Assembly (NCBI GenBank): GCA_001825035.1
Contig: MHUO01000004.1
Location: forward strand, 155,476 to 219,475
DNA from: Candidatus Wildermuthbacteria bacterium RIFOXYD1_FULL_50_12
Lineage (GTDB): Bacteria > Patescibacteriota > Minisyncoccia > Minisyncoccales > UBA10102
DNA length: 64,000 bases
Direction of reading: 5' to 3'
Shown: positions 36,807-44,948 of the stretch, piece after piece
How the letters are laid out: each line of letters begins with the position of its first letter
How positions within the stretch are numbered: position 1 is the stretch's first letter
The notes under the pieces: generated by a model
Told to the model about the DNA's origin: nothing
The model's database searches: none
The model's input: only the letters and a program-made list of their open reading frames with translations
Translations under genes and position numbers: made by a program

Positions 36807-37334
36807 ATGGGGCGTAAGAGAATGAATATTATTGAAGAATTCAAAAAAGTAAGAGATATCCCGTACCGAATTCCGTTGTCTCCGCAAGAACCCGATAATT
36901 GTTGCTCTGGAAAATCGGAGCGATTGTTTAAGATATTCGAGGAAGTCGGTTATGAGGTGCGGTATATAGTTTGCACTTTTCACTGGAGCGATATGAGGTT
37001 ACCAGCAAAGGTGCAAGAAATTGCCCACGAAGATAAATGTACGCACAGCTATCTTGAAGTAAAGATAGGAGATGAATGGATAAAAGTTGACGCGACGTGG
37101 GACAAAGAGTTAAAAAGCGTGTTTAATGTTAATGATTGGAATGGCAAATCGCACACAAAAGTGGCAGTTCCAGTAAAAGAATGCTTCTCGTCGGAAGAAA
37201 GCGCGGAGATTATGCAGAAAGGCACAACAGAAGAAGCCACAAAGGAAGACCGGCAGAAAAATGGAGAATTCTATAAAGCATTCAACGATTGGTTAGCAGA
37301 AATTAGAATAAAATCCCTGCGGGGTAGTGAATAA
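36807..37334 (+). CDS. Transglutaminase-like cysteine peptidase superfamily protein
   Basis: Cys...His...Asp spacing (NCCSGKSERLF ... THSYLEVKIG ... KVDATWD) as in transglutaminase-like cores. Begins MGRK, with the ATG inside the upstream CHG codons. Confidence 0.45.
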   Translation: MGRKRMNIIEEFKKVRDIPYRIPLSPQEPDNCCSGKSERLFKIFEEVGYEVRYIVCTFHWSDMRLPAKVQEIAHEDKCTHSYLEVKIGDEWIKVDATWDKELKSVFNVNDWNGKSHTKVAVPVKECFSSEESAEIMQKGTTEEATKEDRQKNGEFYKAFNDWLAEIRIKSLRGSE

Positions 37335-37398
37335 AGCGTAAAAGTGCCATGGGGCGTGAATGTGCCAACCGGCTGGCGCATTTGGAAAAGGATAAGAA

Positions 37399-38118
37399 GT
37401 GCCGTGGGAAGTAAGTATGGTAGTTGAACCAAAATTTTATCAAAACTGGGAGGATGACAGTCACTGCCTTCAATCGTCCGTGATGATAGTTTTGAATACA
37501 TTAAACAGAAAGGTAACATGGGATGAGGTAAATAAAATGACAGATTATGAAGACGGCTTATACTCTTGGGTGCCGCGCGCTGTTGTTGCGCTTGCAGAAC
37601 GAATTCCTGGGACGAGGCATATTAGTGTAATGGACTATGGAAAATTCGCGGAAAAAGGTGAGGAATATCTAAAAGAGTTTATGCCTGGAGAGTGGTTTGA
37701 GGATCAAAAAAGAAATGCTTCTGTTGGATTCCAGAAAGAGCAGAAGGCAGCACAAGACCTCATTCAGAAGAACCTTCTTGAGCAAAAAGTAAGATTTACA
37801 AAAGAGGACTTCGAGAGTTTACTTGATAAACATTTGTTGATAGCGCTTGTTAATGGGAAAAAATTAGCTCAACTTGAGGGTAACGTGGGACATTTTGTTG
37901 TAGTTTATGGGCAAGATGAGGAAAACTTTATTATTCATGATCCTGGATTGCCAGCACGAGAAGCCTGGAAAGCCCAAAAGGATTTATTTTTACACGCATT
38001 TCAGGGAGAATTGATTCTCGTACCTAAAGGTGATGTACCGATTGGAGTAGAAGTCAGCCGCAACGATCCCTGCCTCTGCGGAAGCGGCAAAAAATATAAG
38101 AAGTGTCATGGGAAATAA
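37399..38118 (+). CDS. Papain-like (C39-like) cysteine peptidase domain protein carrying a C-terminal SecA-type SEC-C zinc motif
   Basis: YQNWEDDSHCLQSSVMIVL (Gln/Cys), GHFVVVYG..IHDP (His/Asp), and C-terminal NDPCLCGSGKKYKKCHGK*. Confidence 0.45.
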   Translation: MPWEVSMVVEPKFYQNWEDDSHCLQSSVMIVLNTLNRKVTWDEVNKMTDYEDGLYSWVPRAVVALAERIPGTRHISVMDYGKFAEKGEEYLKEFMPGEWFEDQKRNASVGFQKEQKAAQDLIQKNLLEQKVRFTKEDFESLLDKHLLIALVNGKKLAQLEGNVGHFVVVYGQDEENFIIHDPGLPAREAWKAQKDLFLHAFQGELILVPKGDVPIGVEVSRNDPCLCGSGKKYKKCHGK

Positions 38119-38470
38119 AACCATGGAAGGAGCATCTTTACAAGCAATTGAGGATTATTATTACCGACACGGTTTGAGAGGTAGTAAACTTAGAAAAGCG
38201 ACCGAAAACGATCAGGAGTATATGACGATTCTTAAAGATCGCTGGGCAAAACTGACTAAAAAATTTCCAGTTAAATCACGGGACAGAAAAAGGTATATTT
38301 TATCTACCGATCAAGATTATCAAATTTTAGATAAGATATATAAGCTTGAACGTAAGAAACTGTCAGACAAAGATAAGGCCCTGGTAAAGTTAGTAAGAAC
38401 TCAGCTTGAGCATCACTGGAGAGCACCGATTATAAAATTTCTAAATCAACTACTTAAGAAATACCGTTAA
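38108..38470 (+). CDS. Hypothetical Lys-rich 120-aa protein
   Basis: Complete ORF. Start MGNK is embedded in the CHGK codons of the upstream gene. Confidence 0.35.
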   Translation: MGNKTMEGASLQAIEDYYYRHGLRGSKLRKATENDQEYMTILKDRWAKLTKKFPVKSRDRKRYILSTDQDYQILDKIYKLERKKLSDKDKALVKLVRTQLEHHWRAPIIKFLNQLLKKYR

Positions 38471-38504
38471 TCCCTGTGGATGTAGAGATAAGATCAAGTA
38501 GATC

Positions 38505-39044
38505 ATGATTTATTTCATTACCGGCAACAAGAATAAACTCGAAGAGGTGAAAGCGGTATTGCCCGAAGTAGAACAATTAGATATTGACTTGCTTGAAATT
38601 CAAGAGATTGATTCAAAGGAAATCATAAAGAAGAAGTTGTCAGAAGCGTTCAATCGCGCCGAAGGAGAGTTTATTGTAGAGGATACATCTTTGCACCTGA
38701 ATTGTTTAAAAGGATTGCCAGGACCATTGGTAAAATGGTTTTTGAAAACGATCGGAAATGATGGTTTGGCTGGAATTGCTGAAAAATTAGGAAGCAGCAG
38801 GGCCGAAGCAAAAACGATTATTGGGTACGCGAAAAATCATGAAGAAATCTATTTTTTCGAGGGTGTAATAAAAGGGCAAATAGTAAAACCGCGGGGAGAA
38901 TCAGATTTCGGCTGGGATCCGATATTTTTACCAGATGGTCATGAAAAGACATTTGCTGAAATGGGCAGAGAAGAAAAGAATAAAATCAGCATGAGGAGGG
39001 AGGCACTAAATAAGCTAAGTGAATTCTTGCGGGCGCAGGAATAA
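38505..39044 (+). CDS. rdgB: Non-canonical purine NTP pyrophosphatase (Ham1/RdgB, ITPase)
   Basis: TGNKNKLEE and FGWDPIF motifs. Confidence 0.8.
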   Translation: MIYFITGNKNKLEEVKAVLPEVEQLDIDLLEIQEIDSKEIIKKKLSEAFNRAEGEFIVEDTSLHLNCLKGLPGPLVKWFLKTIGNDGLAGIAEKLGSSRAEAKTIIGYAKNHEEIYFFEGVIKGQIVKPRGESDFGWDPIFLPDGHEKTFAEMGREEKNKISMRREALNKLSEFLRAQE

Positions 39045-39057
39045 AAACAAAAAGGCC

Positions 39058-39474
39058 ATGGGAGATAACGGTAATCAATTTGTAGGGGTTCGGAAGAGCG
39101 AAAAGCACGGGAGGGGATTGTTTGCATTAAGAAATTTTGTAAAGGGAGAAATGATATATTCTTTTCCTTTGGAAAGAGTAGTAAGTCCACGTCAAATCCA
39201 GGGACTTTCGGAAGAAGAGCGAGATCATCTTGATAAGATAGGTGAAGATGAATATGAAATTATCCAGCCCCCTCTCTGTTATGTGAATCATTCTTGCGAT
39301 CCGGATATTTAGGAGGCGCTAGAAGGGAGGGCAAGAGTAGGATATGCTTTGCGAGATATAATGAGCGGAGAAGAGTTGACGGTGGATTATGATAAGACGG
39401 CGTATCTTGAGATGCCATTCGAATGCCACTGCGGCTCAAAAAACTGCAGAGGACTCGTGCGAGGTAAGAGGTAA
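39058..39474 (+). pseudogene. SET-domain protein gene interrupted by an in-frame TAG (nonsense or sequencing error)
   Basis: GRGLFA...NHSCDPDI, then TAG at 39313-39315, then in the same frame EALEGRARVGYALRDIMSGEELTVDYDK...CHCGSKNCRG (post-SET Cys cluster). TAG is a normal stop elsewhere in the window. Confidence 0.55.
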
Positions 39475-39487
39475 AAACAGAGAAAAT

Positions 39488-39916
39488 ATGGAAGGTAAAA
39501 AAGAGCAACAAAAAGTAGTGGTGGCGGCGTGCATTCGTGATGAAAAGGGAAAAATTCTTTTGGCAAAAAGAGTTGACTTTTTGAATCTTAAAGCAAATGG
39601 GAAGTGGGAGTTTCCGGGCGGGGAAGTAGAGTTTGGCGAATCGCCCGAAGCCGCACTTATGCGTGAATGTCGAGAGGAAATTGGGTGTACAATAGAAATT
39701 GTACGCTTGCTGCCATATCTTCATCAAAATGTGGGGCACCGGACAACGGGCGAGGTGGTGCAGGCGTTTGTGTCGTGTTTTGAGGCGAAAATTACGGAAG
39801 GGGAGCCAAAGCCCGCAGAACGGGAGATTTCCGAACTGCAATGGTATAAAAAAGAAGAGATACCTGCGCTGGACTCCCTCCCCGGCACCAACGAATTTAT
39901 AAATTTGCTTGAATAA
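39488..39916 (+). CDS. NUDIX hydrolase (MutT-like)
   Basis: NUDIX box GGEVEFGESPEAALMRECREEIG. Start at internal ATG (MEGKKEQ). Confidence 0.75.
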   Translation: MEGKKEQQKVVVAACIRDEKGKILLAKRVDFLNLKANGKWEFPGGEVEFGESPEAALMRECREEIGCTIEIVRLLPYLHQNVGHRTTGEVVQAFVSCFEAKITEGEPKPAEREISELQWYKKEEIPALDSLPGTNEFINLLE

Positions 39917-39921
39917 AAAAT

Positions 39922-40128
39922 ATGAGACAGAAAGGATTCGGATTAATTATGCTAATGATTGCTATGGCTATTATTGCCTTTCTCGTAGTGGGAGGGGTAT
40001 ATGTTTCTGGCGTCAGGAGGGAACGATCAGTCATCGAGACGGGGATTGATGCCACGCAGCAGATTGAAGATATCCAGAACATGCTTAACGCGCACGGCGA
40101 ACAGATAAAAACTGAATCACAGGAATAA
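39922..40128 (+). CDS. Small membrane protein with prepilin-like N-terminal hydrophobic helix
   Basis: QKGFGLIMLMIAMAIIAFLVV resembles a type IV pilin/pseudopilin N-terminus but lacks the canonical Glu5. Confidence 0.3.
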   Translation: MRQKGFGLIMLMIAMAIIAFLVVGGVYVSGVRRERSVIETGIDATQQIEDIQNMLNAHGEQIKTESQE

Positions 40129-40130
40129 TT

Positions 40131-40904
40131 ATGGACTACCAAAAAATTGTGTTCCCCGTATTGAGAGAGGCGGGGGAGGAGCTGAGGAAAGGTTTTGGGA
40201 AGGCCGAAATTATACAGGAGAAAGGCGATCTTGCGGTGGATGTGGTAACTGCGCTTGATAGGAAGACAGAAGAGTTTCTTGCAACAAAACTTCGCGCAGC
40301 AGATCCTTCCGCAGATTTTTATGGGGAAGAAAACGGTGGGCACGAGGATGGCGAGCGATTTTGGGTATGCGACCCCATAGACGGGACTGCGCATTTTATA
40401 CGAGGACTGCCTTTTTGTACCACCATGCTGTGCCTGATTGAAAATGGTCAGGTCGTATTTTCTGCGATTTATGATTTTGTGAAAGACGACATCTATTGGG
40501 CAGAAAAAGGGAAAGGCGCTTGGAGGAACGATGATCCAATTCACGTGAGCAAGCGCACCTTGCAACAGGCATATCTTTCGTTTGAAACGCATGAGGATAA
40601 TCCGCAGGATGCAGAAAAACTTCACGCATTGCGCAAACGATGTATTCTTGTGAATACGATAAGCGCCGGCTTTGAATACGCGATGGTAGCTTGTGGCAAA
40701 CTGGAAGGCAGGATTACGTTTGATCCGTATGGCAAAGTTTGGGATTATGCGTCCGGCCCTCTTTTGGTGGAAGAAGCGGGCGGGGTTGCGGTGAACATCG
40801 GGAAGGAAAGTTATGACTATCGCAATTTTGACGTTATCGCTACGAACCCCGTTATTTACAAAGAGCTCACCGAAGGAGAACACGCAATCTTTCCTATTCG
40901 ATAA
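40131..40904 (+). CDS. Inositol monophosphatase-family phosphatase (SuhB/CysQ-like)
   Basis: WVCDPIDGT and FYGEE motifs. Confidence 0.8.
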   Translation: MDYQKIVFPVLREAGEELRKGFGKAEIIQEKGDLAVDVVTALDRKTEEFLATKLRAADPSADFYGEENGGHEDGERFWVCDPIDGTAHFIRGLPFCTTMLCLIENGQVVFSAIYDFVKDDIYWAEKGKGAWRNDDPIHVSKRTLQQAYLSFETHEDNPQDAEKLHALRKRCILVNTISAGFEYAMVACGKLEGRITFDPYGKVWDYASGPLLVEEAGGVAVNIGKESYDYRNFDVIATNPVIYKELTEGEHAIFPIR

Positions 40905-40906
40905 AT

Positions 40907-41356
40907 ATGCCAAGCAATAAAGAACGACATCGAATTATTCCAGCCGCATATGTGATTTTCCGTGATGGGGATAAGATTTTATTGCAGAGGAGAATGAATA
41001 CGGGATATGAAGATGGAAATTACGGACTTGTCTCTGGACATGTGGAGCAGGGAGAATCGTACAAGGCAGCAATAGTTCGTGAGGCGAGAGAAGAAACAGG
41101 GATAGAGTTGCGGCAAGAAGATTTGAGATTTGTGCACTTCATGCATCGGAGCCAAAAAGATGTGTATAACGAAAGGGCAGATGTATTTTTTGTTGCAGAA
41201 CGCTGGGAGGGGGAGATTACGAACGCGGAACCTGAAAAGTGCGACGATTTGAGCTGGTTTGATAAAAACAATCTTCCAGAGAACCTCATTCCATATATTC
41301 GCGAAGCTTTGCGGTATATAGAGGAAGGTATAATGTACAGCGAATATGGCTGGTAA
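40907..41356 (+). CDS. NUDIX hydrolase
   Basis: NUDIX box SGHVEQGESYKAAIVREAREETGIE. Confidence 0.8.
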   Translation: MPSNKERHRIIPAAYVIFRDGDKILLQRRMNTGYEDGNYGLVSGHVEQGESYKAAIVREAREETGIELRQEDLRFVHFMHRSQKDVYNERADVFFVAERWEGEITNAEPEKCDDLSWFDKNNLPENLIPYIREALRYIEEGIMYSEYGW

Positions 41357-41362
41357 TTAGCA

Positions 41363-42361
41363 ATGATTTTTTCCATCACAAAACCAGATCCATTCAATAT
41401 TCTTGCTTCAACAAAGGGGGTCTTGGAGGAAGCAAAGTTTGTTGCCATTAACCAAAAGGCAGTTGAGAGCAATGTCACGCGCATTGGCGGGTATCTCAAG
41501 CAACATGCTGATTTCCCCGATTTTGGGCACCGACTTACGGGAAACTTTGAAGCCGATCTCCAATTGATTTTCTTTGAATCGATGATGGGTTTTTGCTTTT
41601 GGACGATTCCCGGAAAGCCCAAGTGGGGCATTGAAATGTCGGATGGCGAAAGGGTTGATGGATGGTACGGGGTGTGTGCGTCGTTTAAGCGCGCGTACGA
41701 TGAAGGCACACCCGTAGGCGATGCGAATTTTTTTGCGAAGGCAGATAGAAAAGATGTACAGAATATATTTCGTTCTGCAACTGGTGCTGAGATTCCATTG
41801 CTCGACGAGCGAGTCGCGATCCTCAATGAGAACGCGCGTGTTCTCAATGAGCATTTTGGCGGCAAGACGCTAAATCTTCTTGAGGCCGCCGATCGGGACG
41901 TAATAAAACTTCTTCATCTCTTGCTTCAATGTTTTCCATCGTATCGAGATGTTGCGACATACAATGCCCGTGAGGTTGTATTTCTTAAAATTGCCCATTT
42001 GCTTGCACTTGATTTGGAGTATCGATTGACTCCGCAGTCGCAACGACCGTTCTTGAAGAATTTTGATCAGTTGTGCGTGTTCGCCGACTATAAATTGCCG
42101 CAGCTATTGCGAGCTTTTGGCGTGTTAGAGTATAAGCAGTCGCTTGCCGATACGGTTGATTCTTATACAATCATTCCAAAAGGATCGGAACAGGAGGTTG
42201 AGATTCGATCTGGCGCGATATGGGGCGTGGAGCTTTTGCGGCAACAGCTTCCCGAGTATTCTTCTGTTCAGGTCGGCCACGTCATCTGGCTGTTGAGCCA
42301 GGATCAGGAATTGCAGTCCAAGATCAAACCTTATCATCGTACGCATACAACATTTTATTAA
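41363..42361 (+). CDS. Queuosine-salvage-like protein (DUF2419/Qng1-like); tentative
   Basis: 332 aa, soluble. FLKIAHLLALDL resembles the FxKRAQI region of DUF2419. Weak, composition-based call. Confidence 0.3.
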   Translation: MIFSITKPDPFNILASTKGVLEEAKFVAINQKAVESNVTRIGGYLKQHADFPDFGHRLTGNFEADLQLIFFESMMGFCFWTIPGKPKWGIEMSDGERVDGWYGVCASFKRAYDEGTPVGDANFFAKADRKDVQNIFRSATGAEIPLLDERVAILNENARVLNEHFGGKTLNLLEAADRDVIKLLHLLLQCFPSYRDVATYNAREVVFLKIAHLLALDLEYRLTPQSQRPFLKNFDQLCVFADYKLPQLLRAFGVLEYKQSLADTVDSYTIIPKGSEQEVEIRSGAIWGVELLRQQLPEYSSVQVGHVIWLLSQDQELQSKIKPYHRTHTTFY

Positions 42362-42384
42362 ATGGAAAACCAAAGTGCCTAAAT

Positions 42385-42918
42385 ATGCCAAAGAGATTGG
42401 GAGAGAAAGAAATCTTTAAATCGAGAATCTTTACCATTAAAGAAGCCGAGCTTGAGTTTGCATCGGGGAGAAAAGTAAAACATGAATTCCTTGATCTAGG
42501 AGATTCGGTGATGGTGGTTCCGATTGCGGAAGACGGAACATTGCTTCTCATAAATGAGTATCATACTGCAATCAACGAGTTTCAGCTTGGGCTTTGTAAG
42601 GGGGCCTTACACAAGGGGGAAGATCCAAGGGAACGAGCCAATACTGAATTGCAAGAAGAGGTTGGCCATAAGGCACAAAAGTTAGACGAGCTGATCGTGT
42701 TGAATGCATTCCCTGGTTATCAGACCAACAAAACGTTTGTGTATCTCGCAAGAGATTTGGTGAAAAGCAAGCTGGCGGGGGATGTAGATGAGGAAGAGCT
42801 TGAAGTTTTTCCATACCCATTTTTGGATTTCGAAAAACTTATTGAGGATGGAAGATTGAAAGAAGCAAGGGCGATTGCGGCGCTATATCTTGCAAAAAAA
42901 TTTCTCAATAATTCTTAA
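42385..42918 (+). CDS. NUDIX hydrolase, ADP-ribose pyrophosphatase-like
   Basis: IFKSRIFTIKEAELEFASGRKVKHEFLDLGDSVMVVPI is a NudF-like N-terminus. NUDIX box GLCKGALHKGEDPRERANTELQEEVG. Confidence 0.7.
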   Translation: MPKRLGEKEIFKSRIFTIKEAELEFASGRKVKHEFLDLGDSVMVVPIAEDGTLLLINEYHTAINEFQLGLCKGALHKGEDPRERANTELQEEVGHKAQKLDELIVLNAFPGYQTNKTFVYLARDLVKSKLAGDVDEEELEVFPYPFLDFEKLIEDGRLKEARAIAALYLAKKFLNNS

Positions 42919-42921
42919 TGT

Positions 42922-43394
42922 ATGTCACACATTCACGAACTTATCGATTGGACCGTAGTAGCTTATGTGGTGCATGGGGAGAAGGTTCTTATGGTATACC
43001 ATAGAGAACTTCAAAAGTGGTTGCCGTTGGGCGGGCACATTGAGTTAAATGAAGATCCCGACGAAGCGTTGATGCGTGAAGTGCAAGAGGAGAGCGGCAT
43101 TGAGGAGATAGAAGTGCTTGCCGCAAAACCTACAGTTGAAGGTGATACGAGCGAGCGCAAATTTCTATATACCCCTGCATATATGGATATCATAAGATCA
43201 ACGATCGACATAGGCACATTGGACTGGTATATTTTCTCCGCACGAGAACCGATGCGATTCGGCTCGCAGAGAGTGAGCATGAGGGAATCCGCTGGTTTAC
43301 TATAAAAGATTTAGAGAGACCCGAATTTCACATTGAACCTTCCATCAAATTTTACGCAAAAGAAGCCTTAACAAGGGCATATGACGACGATTGA
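42922..43394 (+). pseudogene. NUDIX hydrolase gene with an apparent frameshift near 43280-43300
   Basis: N-terminal frame carries the NUDIX box GGHIELNEDPDEALMREVQEESG and stops at 43305. A second frame continues as ...EHEGIRWFTIKDLERPEFHIEPSIKFYAKEALTRAYDDD* to about 43394. Confidence 0.5.
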
Positions 43395-43716
43395 AGATTT
43401 TGAAAAAGTGGATATACGGGTGGGGAATATAATTGAGGTGGAGGATTTCCCGGAAGCAAGGAAGCCGGCGTATAAACTCAAGATTGATTTTGGGCAGGAA
43501 GTTGGCGTGAAACAATCTTCTGCGCGGCTGGTAGATTTATACACAAAAGAAGAACTTAATGGAAAGTTAGTGTTGGGAGTGGTGAATTTTCCTCCGAGAC
43601 AAATCGGTCCATTTGTTTCTGAAGTTTTGACGCTCGGCGTTCCTGATGAAAACGGAAACGTAATTTTAGTGGTGCCAGACAAAGAAAATTCTCCGCTTGG
43701 GGGCAAACTATTTTGA
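43381..43716 (+). CDS. tRNA-binding domain protein (CsaA/Trbp111-like)
   Basis: VDIRVGNIIEVEDFPEARKPAYKLKIDFG...LNGKLVLGVVNFPPRQIG. Confidence 0.7.
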   Translation: MTTIEDFEKVDIRVGNIIEVEDFPEARKPAYKLKIDFGQEVGVKQSSARLVDLYTKEELNGKLVLGVVNFPPRQIGPFVSEVLTLGVPDENGNVILVVPDKENSPLGGKLF

Positions 43717-44288
43717 CTATGAAAATTATATTGGGGTCGAGGTCGGAGGGAAGACAAGAGATGCTGAGGGAGATGGGGTATGAGTTTGAGGTGATGCCGG
43801 CGGATATTGATGAAAAGGCGATTCGGCATGAGAATCCGAGAGAGTTGGTTTTGATGTTGGCGAACGCGAAAGCAGATGCATTATTGCCAAAGATCAAGGA
43901 GCCCGCGATTTTGATTACGGCAGATCAGGTAGTGGCATGGAATGGCCAGATCCGAGAAAAGCCGGAGAATGAGGAAGAGGCAAAAGAGTTTTTGCGAACA
44001 TATTATCAGGCCCCAGCAGAAGTCATAAATGGAATCGTGGTAGTGAATACGGGAACGGGGAAAAGGGCGTCTGCGGTGGATTCAAGCAGGGTATACTTTA
44101 AGGAAATTCCGACAGATGCACTTGAGCAGTTTGCAAAGCTCGAACACATTTATCGGAGAGCAGGCGGTTTTGCGATTAGAGATCCCTTGCTTCAGCCATA
44201 CATTGAGAAAGTGGAAGGAACAGACGATAGCGTAATGGGCCTGCCAAAGGAACTTACCAAGCAATTAATTCGTGAGGTCATAGCGTAA
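43713..44288 (+). CDS. maf: Maf-family nucleoside triphosphate pyrophosphatase
   Basis: IILGSRSEGRQEML N-terminus. Length ~190 aa. Confidence 0.75.
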   Translation: MTMKIILGSRSEGRQEMLREMGYEFEVMPADIDEKAIRHENPRELVLMLANAKADALLPKIKEPAILITADQVVAWNGQIREKPENEEEAKEFLRTYYQAPAEVINGIVVVNTGTGKRASAVDSSRVYFKEIPTDALEQFAKLEHIYRRAGGFAIRDPLLQPYIEKVEGTDDSVMGLPKELTKQLIREVIA

Positions 44289-44929
44289 TGGCACTGGTGT
44301 TTATTCTCATAGCGTTTGTTGTTGCGATTCCGTTTTTGGTGCTGTTTGGATTGTTTCATGTTGCGACATCTGGTTTTGAAAAATTAGGATTGCCTCCAGA
44401 AGCAGTGTTTGGAGTGCTATTCTTTATGCTTGTGGGCTCGTTAATCAATATTCCCATCGGAAGGCGGCGGCTGGTGGAAGTAGAGGAATCCCGCTTTTTT
44501 GGATTGGTACGCCGGCGGGGATTTCAGCAGCAAGGGCTTTCCCTGAACGTGGGCGGAGTAATTATCCCTCTGCTTTTAGTTTTGTATCTTTTGCCGAGGG
44601 TGCCGCTTCGCGAGACCTTGCTTGCCTCTTTACTTATGATTGTGCTCTGTTTTCTGCTCGCCAGATTCGTGCCGGGCAAGGGAATAGCGATTCCCATATT
44701 GTTTCCTGCCCTGTTTGCAACCATATTCGGCTTGGTGCTTGCGTTTGAGGCGGCGGCGGCCGTGGCTTTTGTTTCAGGGGTGCTGGGCGTGATTATCGGA
44801 GGCGATTTGCTCCACTTGCCGCGAGTGATGCGAGAGAATCAGGGCATAATGTCCATCGGGGGAGCCGGCGTGTTTGATGGTATCTTTCTCATTGCCATTA
44901 TTGCGACTTTCCTTGCCGGACTGCTCTAA
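44288..44929 (+). CDS. Integral membrane protein (DUF1614-like)
   Basis: Multiple TM helices. No catalytic motifs recognised. Confidence 0.35.
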   Translation: MALVFILIAFVVAIPFLVLFGLFHVATSGFEKLGLPPEAVFGVLFFMLVGSLINIPIGRRRLVEVEESRFFGLVRRRGFQQQGLSLNVGGVIIPLLLVLYLLPRVPLRETLLASLLMIVLCFLLARFVPGKGIAIPILFPALFATIFGLVLAFEAAAAVAFVSGVLGVIIGGDLLHLPRVMRENQGIMSIGGAGVFDGIFLIAIIATFLAGLL

Positions 44930-44948
44930 ATGTGGTAACGTAGTGCGT

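Noticed and set aside
39313-39315. Possibility that TAG is recoded (alternative genetic code)
   Set aside because: TAG terminates murB, the FN3 protein gene and a methyltransferase gene at positions matching homolog lengths. A nonsense mutation or sequencing error is the more economical explanation.
39897-40913. 338-aa minus-strand ORF
   Set aside because: Antisense to the IMPase-family gene (WVCDPIDGT motif on the plus strand). Cys/Phe-rich low-complexity translation, so a shadow ORF.
41020-41865. 281-aa minus-strand ORF
   Set aside because: Antisense to the NUDIX and Qng1-like genes and lacks start context. Shadow ORF.
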